Notes: generated from the letters alone by a model not told the origin. Shown: positions 26,831 to 40,365, counted from the first letter of the stretch. The stretch is 64,000 nt of DNA from Mobula hypostoma (GCF_963921235.1 NC_086106.1:22816001-22880000); one strand, 5' to 3'. Translations and numbers: made by a program.

Positions 26831-27059
26831 AGCCTGCTACTCTGGCAGTATTTCCACGTATTATTTTCTCACTATAGATGTTCTCCCACTGAGAGCTTCC
26901 TAACGATAGAATATTAAACTGACTCGTTATCCTTCCAGGACTCGACATGCATGTGTATTCATGTCTGATTCTGTGTTTGCTTCTAAATAAATAAAAACAA
27001 ACAAACAAACAAGCAACTTCTCTATCCGCTCTAGGTCTACTTTTCTGTCAGTATATCCA

Positions 27060-27275
27060 CTTGGTCACTACCTATGCAAGTGGTTAGCACGGCTCTGCTT
27101 TAGTTTGGGTCAGTTCAGACCTCGTAGTGCATTTGTGATGCTGTGTTGTGAAGATACCCTGTATCTCCACACGGCCGAATACATGGCGTTCCCCGGGGAC
27201 ACTGGTTTCCTTCGCAATTCAAAGAGTACGGGATGGGTTAATTGGAAAATGTAAATTGTCCCATGATCACCTTGA
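27060..27275 (+). mobile_element. Degenerate V-SINE/HE1-like element
   Basis: GTGGTTAGCAC head and ...GGTTTCCTTCGCAATTCAAAGA...GGTTAATTGG...TGTAAATTGTCCC body, resembling the V-domain of elasmobranch SINEs. Confidence 0.55.
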
Positions 27276-28559
27276 GATAATCAGTTTTGACGGTGCTTGC
27301 AGAGACAAAGGGCTGAAGGTTTGTTAAGCCGTCCTCCGCGCTGTACAGCTACTATTGAAAAAATCGACAAATTTGATAAATATACAGAATGTTTTTTTTT
27401 TTTGGTTTTCCCAGCGACAGGAAACTAAACTAACACATTGCATCCCCAAATGTGCTTTGCCAAAGATGCCGTTGTTGTTGTTGTTGTTGTTGTTTTCATT
27501 TCTTTTCCGGACCTTCCGTGAAGATGAGACAATAAATACATTTGCTTCCATAGAAAATGGATTGGCAGATATATCAGGGACGGGAATATTATTGCGACTG
27601 TGATTACGATGACAAATTTTCTCGCTCCTTATTCCAAACTTCTGGCTGGACACTTCTCTCAGCAGCCCATTTCCCCTCTCAGATTAGCCTTATAACGAAA
27701 CATTGAAGGGAAAGTATTCGGTTCCAAGCTATTGTTAAGTTTTCCAAACTTCCGAGTGATTGTTATATTCGCCGGAATGGAGAACTCAAGAGACTGCAAT
27801 ATGCCACACTTGGAGTGGCCTTATCTCTTCTGGAACAGAATGGGCCCCATATACGTACTATCGCCCTTCAGACACAGGACGACGGGATTGATGATCAGGA
27901 GACTGGGCAGATTGATAAGTGAAACCTGTCAGGATAATGAACCATCATTGAATTTTCCTCAATAATGCACAAACTCATTCTCTTTGTTCTTCTCCATTCC
28001 TGTCCAGTTTTGTGAATTTGCCTTTAGTTTGTCATTATCCGGAATGAATTTCTGAAAACTGGAGAAACTAGGTTCAAACCATTTTATTAAACTTCTTCCC
28101 TCAAGGAGGTCAAACAGCATGGAGCAGTGCAGCTAGGAAAGATGGTTATTCCATGATTGAAGTAACAGCTTCTCAATCGTTGCCGACTCTTGTTGACGAC
28201 TTCAAACTCGGAATAGTAAAGCATCACCTTCACAGATATGTATGCTCTGCTCTGCCAGACGTACAACTATACGCTATCTTCAGTTTCAGCAAGTGATGCT
28301 GTGGAGCTGATAGAGCGAATAAATTAATATCAAACTAATGAAATACTTCCTCTCGCGACTAGCTATGGTCGACAGCACCAAATACGACACAATTGACATG
28401 CCTTCAGAAGAATTGTTGCTACAGACCGTGTGGTAAGAATAACTTCGTCTGACAGTAAAGGGATACCAGGAGTTTAAAGGTTTAAATCGGTATCAAACAG
28501 CGATCGCCGTAGGAATCAAGAAAGAGATTTCAATCCAGTAGTCCCTCAAACAAAACTGC

Positions 28560-31110
28560 CAGTAATAGTGCGGAGTTGGGCTGAGCCAACATCAAAGATC
28601 TTCCAGAATATCAGAAAGACATCAAAGTCATCAGCCGCCTCTGGACCGAGCAGTAGACGCAACGTTTTAAAAGAAATTTCCAAATCGCCTCTGGTGTTTG
28701 TTGAAGACAATGGGGAAAGTTTGGACCAAATTTTCTATCACGCTGAGCTGGAAAAAATCTTAAATGATGCCTTTTCCTCAAGGAAAAACATTCCTCTGCC
28801 ATCATTCTGTTTATGACAATCCTCCTCTTCAGCGAGAAGTGCAGGCTATTCTTCTCGATGCCTCCAAGAAGGCTGGCTACTCCCTTCTATTTCAGTATTT
28901 TGCCTTCTCCATCTCAGGTTTAGGTTTTGCTGGCTATTGCATTTTGGCCACTTGTTCTCATTTATTAAAGCACCACATGCTAAATTCCAAAACTCATTTC
29001 GTGTCCCGACAATTTTCTTTGGTCTCCTTTATTTCCTGTAAGGGAATTCCCTCAATGGAGAAGCACCATTTCAGCACCTTTACCCAGAAAGGTGACGTCC
29101 CGATTTTTTTTTCAGATTTCTTGAATACATTTCAATGATCAGCCAATTGCTTCGGGAGGTCAGGCAAATGAAAGGTAACCTTGCAGCTATCTGGTTATAC
29201 CTCGCCAACGCCTACCGTTCAATACTACAAATCCTCATTCAGACTGGTCTGGACCACAACTATATCATACCGGTAAGGCAAGACAGGATTATCAGTTACC
29301 TAGGAGGATTCAAATGTGCCTCTCTTCAGCCCACCTTACATTCAGGTGGCATGATGTCTAAAAAGTGATTCCAATCAGATGCACCATCTTCTCCATCTTG
29401 ATTTTCATTGGTTTGTATCTCCTCATATTAGCAGCAACAGACGGAAACAGTGGCCGTCTCTTGGAGCCCAGAATATGTGGGCTCACAGATGGTATCACAA
29501 TAACCACAACAACCCATGTCCACGCAAAATAGATATTGAAAACCCTGGACAACGTAGCTAACTGTGCTGGGATGACCAGGTAACTACCTGGTTAGTCAAG
29601 AAGTCCAGATACATGGTGATCAAAAAAGGCTAGGCTACTAGCATGTTGGGTCTTCAAGTACGTTTTGTTGACTGAGGACAACCCAGTGAAATGTCTTGGA
29701 AAACTGTGTAATGCAGCAATGCAAGACAGTGTCAACATCACTGACACACTAATGCCGAACGAAGAGTTGCTGCAGAGAGGCGACAGAAATGGACTGAAAG
29801 GTAAATTTAAGACATGCCGTAACAGCATGATCTATTCCATGTATGATCTGGCTTTTGAAGTTCTACGAGATCCCCGGGCCCACTGTAGAATGTATCAAGA
29901 AGATAGACAATGCGCACTTGAGGAGGGGGCTGGAGATTCTCCCATTTTTTTCTCCACTGTGTCTCTATATAAGATCAGGCCAGCTAGAATTCCCGCTGCC
30001 ATCGGTAGTAGAGGAGTCCAGTTTAGCCGTATGTAATGTTTTGTTAGTAGTAGGGGACTCCGATGACAAGTGAATAAACTAAGCGGGTGTTACAAAAAGA
30101 CCGGCAACTCGGCCATAGGCAATGCAGCGAGAGTTCAGCCATTGGGATACATCATTAGCAAACCATTCAGGAGACGTCAAGGCACGCCCCCCCCCCATAT
30201 TTTCCTCTATAGAGGACTGCAAGTGACGGATAGGTGTGATAGGGCACATCAAGGATATTAGTGATGGGCTAATTGGACGTCTGGACGTAATGCAATTTTA
30301 TCAAGCGTATGATTACATGGACTGAGTTTGGAAATAATTTTCCTTCGCCTTTCCTTTCAGGCATGTTGTCAGTTTCTCTCAGTCTCCCTACACTATTCAC
30401 TTGAAAGCAAGTTTATGAGAGAGAAGCATAATTGCCAGATTTGTATTCTGCGGGATACACTGACGCAAGGCATCTAAAGATGCAAAACAGCTTGAACACA
30501 GACGGTATTGGTAGCTTCAGGAAAAAGTCCCGCGGTCTTGTCCTGACACACTGCAACGACAGAGGTGTAAAAAAAAAGATCAGATGGCGTTAAGGGGAAA
30601 CAGGGCAGTTATTTTCATCAAGCAGAGGCAATGTTAGGTCCATCGAAAAGGCCAAAATCCAGTCTGCTGCAAATTGCCAAATGACAGAAGATGACGGTTG
30701 ATTTGGCAAGGAAGCTTCATTTCACGGATTTAGTACAAACCAGAAATCGTGCTACGGAGTACAAAATGCAGAAAAAACAACAATAACAAAGGCTAAAAAA
30801 AAAACAAAACAAAAAAAAATCACATCCTGGTGGAGATCACAGTACGACGGGTAGAAGGATTCGAGGAGGCTCACAAGAGAAAGTCTTTGACGTACCAGTG
30901 CGTGAGCATACGGCCAAAGGATGTCAGGCATGGGTATTCCCTGTCGATATCAGCTGTACAGTTTCCACGACAAGGTCGGCATGGAAGTTTCTGTCTGCGC
31001 TGGAAATTAACGAAAATACCAAGAACTAGTAGCTCATATACTAGGGGAGGAAGCAGAAAGAGCCGCTTTCTGGATATCGTGAAGGCGAGAGGTGTGAATC
31101 TGGAAGTCAT
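28560..31110 (+). mobile_element. Degenerate RLE-type (R2 group, Hero/NeSL-like) non-LTR retrotransposon
   Basis: Ordered motif remnants: KSSAASGPS; TQKGDVP; QLLREVRQMKGNLAAIWLYLANAYRSI; PVKCLGK...GLKGKFK; FYEIP...LRRGL; and EITVRRVEGFEEAHKRK, matching the ELTVPWE...EEAHERK endonuclease region. Confidence 0.65.
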
Positions 31111-31287
31111 GATTTCCTGGGCATTGACTTGGTGACTGGACAACTGGAGAGTGGAGTAGTTAGCGCAGAAACACTCTCTGAAAGCTGGGCACCACCTGAT
31201 GACATTTTTTCCTGGTCAAAGTCTACAGTTACATCATCAGTTAACTGAAGAGAGTACCTGGTGTAAAACTCAGTTAGTTTGATCCTT

Positions 31288-31958
31288 ATCAGCATGGATG
31301 GATGAGAGAAGCACTGGGTGCTTCATGTACGCAGAGGAGTACTATAAAATGATACGCGTGGCTGGCAACAGTGAAGGGTATGACGGCTGCATATATCGCT
31401 GCGCGGTCAGTATTGCCGTGGGACAATCTCAGACTTATATATTATTATTTTTTTTAATAATACGGAATGGCACGCAGGTATTAACTGTTCTTGTGCGGAA
31501 GGACTTAGAACGAGGTGGAGTTGAGATGAATCACCGTGCACCATCGAGATTCAGAGGACAGAACGGCAAAAATGTCAGTTATGTTCGGTGTAACAGGAGA
31601 AATGGGCTGTGCTATCTAGCTGAAATCTTGGACTACTTGAACAAACAACAACTCATCCGGACTGCCTGCATTTGGATTGGGAAATATTGTGCCTAAAATT
31701 GAGATTTTTAAGACATTTATCATTATCACGCTAGTATCAGCACATGTTTGGATGAGTGGAGGACTGGGTGCGGCATATACGTAGAGACATATTCTAAAAT
31801 GACACGTGTGACTGGCAGCAGTGAATTTTACGGCAGCTGCATATTTCCCAGGACGGTCAGTATAGCCCTGAGACAATCGCCTACAGGAATGTTATTGTTC
31901 ATTATACGAAAAGGCGCACAGATGTTGACCGTCGACCTGCGCAGGGACTTAGATCGCC
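31288..31958. repeat. Diverged tandem pair of ~225-bp homologous blocks, period ~448 bp
   Basis: 31288-31515 aligns with 31736-31958 (GGATGAG...ACTGGGTGC...GGTCAGTAT...GACAATC...GGACTTAGA). Confidence 0.85.
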
Positions 31959-32904
31959 AGTCAGAACGGTGTCCGGAATTTGCAATTTTAACTGTTTCAC
32001 TATATGACTCAAATATTTAAGGTTAGTGTCGTCTTTATTCCCAGGGATACATGAGATACTGTCTAATGTCCCTCCAGGAGGTAATTTATTTCAGAAAAAA
32101 TAATCTGGATGTCGGCAGCGATCCTTTCAGATCTAACGACAAATTACTGAAAGCAAAGGTGAAAACGCCGACCGGCATGTTCCTTGGCTTTTCCTTATTT
32201 TCAACATTAATATTAATTAGCATGATCCTTCGGGTCATTGGTAAATAAAATAGATGTTTGCACCAGAAAAAGATCCGATCTGTTCCAGTTGCATTCCTGC
32301 ACTATTTCCCCACGCATCTTTAAAACGGGAAACCTAATCTGTTACGGGCTCACTCGGTTTCGTTTTCATCTCGTGACATCCGCAAAATCAGTTTGCCGTT
32401 TGACACAACTAACACTGTTTCATTGGTCTGTTCTAATCATGGGTGTCTATATACTGACGTTCAGTCGGCTCCATCTGCATTCCATACCCAATCCCCATTG
32501 GTTCCACAGGGTAGCGTCAACCGTTGTACCATCATGTACCTCACATTCCATACAGGAATCTCTATGTCCTGCTATTGCTCAGTAGACTGTGCTCTCTTGG
32601 TCTGTGACCAGGTGTTCACCACTACACCCTATGTAATGTCCATAGGATGTGACTACTAGAGGAAGAACAGCTCTTAACTCGACGGTGGAGTTATCGGGGC
32701 ACCGTTTTTGACAGTGTTTCCGCAGCAAGCTATTCTTGTTTTTATGAGGCCGAGTTGCTAGCTCGACGCTCAGCACGACTTGGATTCGTACTCGGGTACC
32801 TTCGCTGATATTATTGCGCCACCAAGCGGGACACTATTATATAAGGACAGGGCTAAATCTTGTGCAGTCACCCGAGATTAAACGGAAGTTAAAAAAAACA
32901 GAAA

Positions 32905-33310
32905 ATGAAAAGACATGGCTTTCACTTTTCTCCTATATTGAAACTAACCAGGTGTGCAAACGTATAGCTGACACATATTAAGTGATGCCTCATATTTCAT
33001 TGATTGCTAATTGCTCTACTTTACCTTGTGTTTTGTTCTCCAGCCTTCGACGTTAGTGCGTGATCATGACTTACTTCGCAATAAAAATGTTTGTCGAAAT
33101 CATGACGGCTATTCCCATCATCTGAGGTGCTGTTATACTGATTCCGTGCATCAGCCGCCCCTCCTGCAACTTACTACGAGCACTGGGCGTGTGTTGACGT
33201 TTGGAACGAATTGTTGAAACGGAATCTTTGCAATAGAGAAGCCTTTTACTGTGTATTTCAAAGGTGGATCCCATAGTCTAACTGGACTAACAAGTTATTC
33301 TCAGCAGCAC
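32905..33310 (+). pseudogene. Possible highly degenerate V relic
   Basis: TATA-like TATTATATAA at 32835, ATG at 32905, GT at 32952, 92-nt intron with a branch-like GCTAAT and pyrimidine tract, CAG at 33041-33043. LRCCYT, CISK and an ending CTCAGCAGCA similar to V4. No intact RSS. Confidence 0.4.
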
Positions 33311-33359
33311 GCCCCCTTACATACCGAAGCCTCCCATTAAAATTGCACTACGTTATTTG

Positions 33360-34680
33360 TTTTTTTTTTATTTTTTAGCTCTCTTTGCAATATCAACCCA
33401 CATTTTGGCTTCTGTTTGAAGGCTTATATATAATTCTGTTTTTTTTTCTTCTTGCAACTTCGTAACTCCAATCTGGAGAGATTCCACAGTCTCTGACCAT
33501 AATAACATCCTTATAAAGATGTAATTCCGTCTCATTCAATGCACGGCCTTTGTCTTATTTTCTGCTTTTTCGATACAGAGTATATTATTTGATCTTACTT
33601 TCTCAAATATGGTACACTTTTTGCCACAACTTACTGACGCTCACATTTTCATACCAGTCTACCTTAATTACGCCAAAAATTCATTCATCATATTCAAAAG
33701 GCTACTAGCTTGAAATAAAGAATCTTCAGTCTTGCATTCTTTCTGCCTTTTTTTTTTTTGTTGGCCTCTGTGGTACTATTTAACGTTTTGCTCTATCTGC
33801 ATGTCTACCCGACCTTTGGTTTGTCTTTCCTTACGTTTATGTTACAGCCATCATCTATGTGTAAACCTCTGGCTTATCCTCAGCCCGATCTACGTGTTTC
33901 CCATCTCCCTGCCATATTATTGTAAAACAGTTGCAACTCTAGTAAACATGCCCGCAAGAATATTGTCCCCTTCGGATAAATGTGAGACTTGTCCCTTATG
34001 TATGAGTCCCAAATGCCCCAGAGGAGATCTCAATTATCGAGAAACCAGAATCCTTGCCTCCTGCTCCAATTCCCTACCGCCCATTTATCTGCCACCTTAT
34101 TCAATTCCTATGCTCAATGTCACGTGGCACAGGCAGCAACCTCCAGATTACTACACTTGAGGTCCTGCCCTTCCTAACTATCTACATCATTTTTTTTTTC
34201 TTTTCTTTTTTTTTTTTAGGAACACTCCGGGTATTTTCTTATGCCATTGATAACAATTCGTACCCCACATTCTGGCTGATTGAACTCGTTTTTTTTTTCA
34301 ATATAGTCTGGACGTGTCTCGATACATTTGTGACTCCACGACCCGTGCGGCAAACTGCCCTCCACGCTTTCTTTTTCCGTCCATAAATTCTCCTAGCTGA
34401 CCCCTCACAATGCTGTCCACTTTTGCTGCTGATATCATCTTCAGATCCTTACTCTTCTGTGCCACAGGGCCAAAGTCAGTGCGAGAAGAATGGCCGCTGG
34501 TGTTTTCCCCAGTTAGGCAGTTCCCCCGCAAACAGTACTCAAAATGGATAACTTAATGTTGAGGGAGGCGGCCACACGTGCGCTCAACACTATTTGTTTT
34601 TTATCTCTTCCCTCTCCTGACAGTCACATTTATCTACCTCCTGTTGACTTGGTGTGTCTGTTGTTCCTGTCTAGCACGAT
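33360..34680 (-). mobile_element. Degenerate CR1 fragments
   Basis: Reverse-strand similarity to the CR1 3' end and to the ORF1/ORF2 junction seen at 40366-41100. Confidence 0.55.
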
Positions 34681-37653
34681 TTCATTTTCCCTAACAATGA
34701 ATGGTCATCGAGCTACAGGTCCAGTTCCCTTACAAGGACTCTACCGATCTGCATTTCGATGCACAAGGAGCAGATGTAAACTTCGGAACTTGTCGAGATC
34801 CACTGAAAATACCACAGCTGACACCTAGAACAGAACACCGGTCTTGTAGACATACCCACAGTTCTCCCTATAGTTCAGTGAAAATAAGGTATGAGCTTAC
34901 ATAGCCTCCGCCAGTACTGGACGAAACCTTTCTGAGACAAAACCTTAAAATTCTGCGTCACACTATTCCCACAACGACCGCTCCCACGATAATAATTTCG
35001 CTGGGCAGTAACGCTTTTTGACACTGGGTTCCCCGTCGAAAATCTTTGTGAAACCTGCGCCGGCACCCTCTTGTCTGTTCAGCGCTATACTCCAATCAAC
35101 AACTCCTCTCGAGAAGCTTGTTGCCTCTTAAATTTATTTGTCCGTCTTGCGCGGGAACGCTTCCGTTGCCTCTGCTCAAAACTGCGTGAATTGTCCCGAG
35201 ACTGAATGCCGACTTCATTATCCCGATCACTTGAGGGAGGTCCGCACTCACCAGTGATATACAGAATTGACACATGAGAATATTCCGGTTCATGCTATCA
35301 GTTTAAAAGCTCAGAGCGCTCAAAGGCACGTCACAATTTCATCCGCTCATACTGCTGATAACTGTTGTGTTGGCATAATGTTACGTAATATTCCGGCAGG
35401 TTTCTAATTCCTTGTTGAGCATTGTTCGGAAAGTGCTTTCAATAAGAGGAAATCTAATGTTTCAGATTTACTTTGCTTTTATAGATGATATCCATTGGGA
35501 TTATATCACATTATATACCATTCGGATCAGGCGTCTTTCTGCTTCACCGAAACTCTCACCTGTGCATAACAAAGCTTCCGTTAAACTTTGAACCAGCTTC
35601 TTGCACGAGGTTGATTTTTGTTCTGCCTCTCTCCTTTTCTTGACATTATATGGTACTAAATGATAAATCATCATTTATTCCTCGACAGAGCGTTTGGATG
35701 TTGTTATAATTATGAACACATAAAACTGCCTCTAGAACTCTGATATTCCCAGCCTCATCATGATACCACTGCGCAGTAAACTTACTCATTTCAGACCGTT
35801 ATTGATGAATGTACGATCAATAAATGTATAAAGGTTGATTACGATAATATCAATATTTCGTTTCGTTAAAATGGTGTAGCCAAGGCTCAATTGAAAGTTC
35901 AGACGTTTAATCTACGACAACAAATTGACAACCGCACATTGACACAAGTGAAGCTCAGATAACAAAAGATGGACACCATATATCCATGGTTGGATTACCA
36001 AGAACGTAATAAAAAAAAAAGAGTTCACGAGACAATCATATGCAACATTACAGCCACGCTGGATTTAAGATCTAACAATATATTATAATTTGAAAATCTG
36101 CGGACACTTGAGATCAAATTTTTGCAGGAAAAATGAACCGTTGCCAGAATCTGAAATGTGCCCGAAATCATGGATTCACAAGGGTGTTGTCTCGTTTAGA
36201 AAATTTCGATGATATATCGCAAATGTGTCTACTTGCCTGCAATGACAAGAACTGTGTTTAAACATAGGGAATTATATCAGATAAGGACCGATAAAACGAA
36301 ATGTAGTACAACATACATTTGCAATACTTGCACATCCTTGATGGAAACAGAAGAGGGTGTAGTTTTAAGTTGCGAGAGGCAAATTTATAGGGGAACTGAA
36401 ACATATTGTTTTTGTTTTTTTATTTGCAAAGAACGTGGTTGATATCTCTAACTCACAGTCAGGAAGAGTGATATAAAGGGGTGCAATTACTATAGTTTGG
36501 GTGGTTAATTTGAGAAGGGACAGAGGGTGGATACATAACGTAGTTAGATGGAATTGATGGAATGACATAAACGAGTTTATCTGTTCACGGTGGGCTGAAG
36601 TTACTCATTTCGTTGAGGTAGTTAGTTTGGACTCCAAGAATCATGACATTTGCTAAGTTCGTTTTTTGTACGATGAAATATTGAAACAATCTGAAGCCGT
36701 CGTAGACTAAAGTAGAACTTTAGAAACTTATCTGTGCAATTTGCCTCTTCACCATAGTCTGCAGTGGTTGGTTTTCCTTCTAAAGACAGCACTAACCTCC
36801 TAGTTTTGGACTTCATACCAAAAAAAAACACAAAAAAAAACAACAAAAAAAAACTTAACTCCGCTTTTCTTCTTTTAGTGCGCGGTTATATGAAGTAATT
36901 TCTGATTCTCCCATCTTTGCCTTTGAGTCTTACATGCAGCTGAATCTTTTGATTTGAGGCAGTAATTTATGTCCGGTCGCGCCCTATACGTGAACTTTCA
37001 GATGATTGACTGTGTTGAGGAACAAAGAAGTAGTACAGGACTCCAAAAAGTAAGAAACGGATTTGATGGCGACTGGAGAAACAAAGAGCTCCGTTACAAA
37101 TCCACGGTGAACAGTCTACAGGCATACTGGTCTTATATGCGTTTCTTTTTGCTCTAGCGTTTCTGATCGGTCAGTTTTTAAACATTTTACAATCGTCTTC
37201 CTCACAGTGCAGTACAGGATAATTTATCAATGAATGCTAATAATGGCTATATATACCCATTGGCAGGACAAGATTTGGGTTACGAAAGTAATATAGATCC
37301 AAATCCCCGGCCAGTGGTAATAGAATGTTTAATGTGTATTACGAGGCCTGCAACAGGAGAATCTGCCTCACTTCCTAGCGGGGAAGCATTTTCTTTGTGG
37401 TCCTCCGGAGATGGAATAGGGACGGAAGCGCGCTAATGGATGCTATTGGAAACTTTTACAGAAATATAACTTTATTCAGCTTATTCTGCGAGCCATCCTA
37501 ATTTATACGGGAGTAGTCCTTCGACATCACAATGTAATCCCCATCAGTTGCCCCCGGATAGTACCAAGCACCACGGTGTGCTTTGTATGTATGCGAGCAG
37601 AATACTGATATTCTTTGATATAAAAGTTTGAAATTATTTTTGACCATAAGCAG

Positions 37654-37959
37654 GACATTCCCGAGGCGATGCCGTTTATCAGCCACGTGCTGGCACAACA
37701 GTTGCGGAAGGCGAAGTTGCAGTTCTAAACTGCAACTATAAAACTGAAAGCGCGGAAAAGTCTGTATTAATCTGGTACCTTCAGTATCCCGGAAGTTCTC
37801 TAGAGTGTCTGTTGCTCCGTAAGAAATTGGAAGGACACCGAGAGAATATTCTCCGACAACAGTTCACGGTGCAGCTGAATGATTCGAGCGGGACGGTCAC
37901 ACTGACAGTGTCAGAAACACATCTCGGAGACACTGCCATGCATTTCTGTGCTCCGGGCT
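37654..37959 (+). CDS. TCR alpha/delta-type V exon V1': intact frame, leader apparently defective
   Basis: (G)HSRGDAVYQP...VLNCNYKT...LIWYLQYPG...QFTVQLNDSSGTVTLTVSETHLGDTAMHFCAPG, with C23, W41 and C104 present. The upstream leader remnant 37465-37510 has no ATG and has GA at the donor. Confidence 0.9.
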
Positions 37960-37998
37960 CACAGGGGTATAGAAGTAATCTGAACCTGTACAATAACT
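37960..37998 (+). promoter_or_regulatory. 23-RSS of V1'
   Basis: CACAGGG, 23-nt spacer, ACAATAACT. Confidence 0.9.
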
Positions 37999-38625
37999 AC
38001 TTGAGTTCTCTGGAGGTAGTTCAGTGTGACTGCCGTTTTCTGAGCGTCTGTAGATCTTTGGATGTCCCGAGATACACCTAAATAACAATGTATTTCCTGA
38101 GATTATTATCCAACAGATTGCGTCACCTTTAATCACGTTACGGCTTAATCTGCCCCCATGCGCATCGGCCTGCCAAAATCCCGTCTGAAGTGATTCATAC
38201 GACGAAAGAAACAACAACCTCTAACTGTTGTTTTTTCTCACTATTTCGAAGAAGAGCCTATTTCCCTTGTATCGGGGTGGATGCCCACGGTGGAGTGAAA
38301 TGTTTATTTTCCAGTAACACTACTTCGTTGAAATCTCTCGGTGTACGTAATTTATTATTACTTTAGGCTGCTTCAAGAGAATGGACCCTGTTCTTTATTG
38401 TTTTTTTTTATTTTCTTTACCAATCATATCGTAAAATTAAGATTTCTAAAGCTCAATTGTTTCATCGCATATCGTGGACTGTCTGCTATTTTGTAGTATT
38501 CATTTGTAACAGGGACACATCGAGCAGCACCCACCCAACTGAGATTTTTTTTAAGTTTGGCAGGACCGGTCCTATATTAAGCTGAAGCCGAAGCGAGAGT
38601 TAATTTGTGGGGCTTATCTGTAATT

Positions 38626-39620
38626 AATACTTTATACTTTATGCTTTGTTGAAGCCAAACAATTGATACGAGAACATGCAATCATGACAGCGATAGTTGA
38701 TGCTGCTCCTCCCGCTACCTGAATTACAAATATTAAATATTAAAAATAGTAAAAATTAGTAAATATTACAAATCTAAATTATAAATCATAAATACAAAAT
38801 GGAAAAATGGAAAGTAAGGTAGTGCAAAAAATCCAAGACGCAGGTCTGGATATTTGGAGGGTACGGGCCAGATCCGGGTCAGGATCCGTTCAGCAGTCTT
38901 ACAAAGTTGGAAAGAAGCTGTTCCCAAATCTGACCGTACGAATATTCAAGCTCCTGAGCCTTCTCCCGGAGGGAAGAGAGATCAAAACTGTGTTTGCTGG
39001 GTGGGTCGTGTCCTTGATTATCCTTGCAGCACTGCTCCGACTGCGTGAAGTGTAAAGAGAGTCCAAGGACGGAAGATTGGTTAGCGTGATGTGCTGCGCC
39101 ATGTTCACAATCTTCTGCAGCTTCTTTCGGTCTTGGACAGGACAACTTCCATACCAGGTTGTGATACACCACAGAAGAATGCTTTCTACGGTGCATTTAT
39201 ATAAAAAAAAAATAATAGTGAGGGTTTTAGGGGACAGGCAAGATTTCTTATTTTTCTCAGGAAGTAAAGACGCTAGTGGGCCTTCTTCGCAGTGAACACT
39301 GCTTGGTTGGACAAAGTCAGGTCATTTGTGATATTGACCCCGAAGAACTTAAAGCTTTTGACGTGTTCCACTTGCGCTCCACCCATGTAAATTGGGTCGT
39401 GTGGTCCGCTACACCTTCTGAAGTCAACAAGCAATTCCTTCGTCGACGTTCGCTGACGTTGAGGGATAGGTTATTGTCTTCGCACCATGCCACCAGGTTC
39501 TTAATTTCCTCTCTGTACTCAGACTCATCATTACCAGAGATACGGCCTACAATTGTTGTGGCATCAGCAAACTTATGTATTGAGTTTGATGGAAACTTGG
39601 CTGCACAATCATGGGTCTCC
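38626..39620 (-). mobile_element. Rex1/Babar-like LINE 3' part nested in the Gypsy
   Basis: ARIIKDTTHPAN...LPSGRRLRS...NSFFP on the minus strand. Same tail family as 9553-10005. Confidence 0.85.
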
Positions 39621-40365
39621 AGTACGTGATTCCGTTGGATGCTGCTTGATTACTCTGAGAATTGTAGGTATTCGTATCCGGATACAATTTTAAGTTGCCT
39701 CTTAAGTACTGTTACAGTTGTGATTATGGGCGGAGGATTGATAAAATGACGGACGCAACTGTTGTTTTACTTCAGGCCAGCACAGAGGTAGCGGTAGCTG
39801 AGGACGGAGATTTGAAAGGCAGGATTCTTTCATTTCTGAGGACTGATAGGAAGGAGAGGTTGGACTTAGAGTGTCTAATTAGTCCTCATTCCCTTATAAT
39901 GAGTGAGAAATATGAGTTAGTCAACGCCCTTACCGCTCTGGCGAATAAATGGAAACTTCAGATTTAATGTCCTAGATATGGAAGGTTCCGCCTATTGTCT
40001 AGAATAACGCCAAACCCTGAAGGGTAAGAGCAGTATAAGTCTTGGGCGGATGGTATCTCTCAGTTATTAGATGTGTGGCAGTGCTCTAATGACGTAAAAA
40101 TACAAAGGCTGGTTGACAATTATTTATTTATATACACACATTATTTCCCTCTCTCTCCTTTTTCTCCCTCTGTCCCCCTCACTATACCCCTTGAGCATCC
40201 TCTGTTTTCCCCCTCCTCCTTTTCTTTCTCCCTGGGCCTCTCATATCCTTTTTTTGCCAATCAACTGCCCAGCTCTTGTCTCCATCCCTCCCCCTCCGGT
40301 TTTCTCCTATGATTTCGGATCTCCCCCTCCCTCTCCCACATTCAAATCTCTTACTAACGCTTCTC

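Noticed and set aside
31532-31538. Heptamer-like CACGGTG on the minus strand, and similar ones in the V1 introns (~1325 and ~37572)
   Set aside because: No nonamer at 12 or 23 bp spacing.
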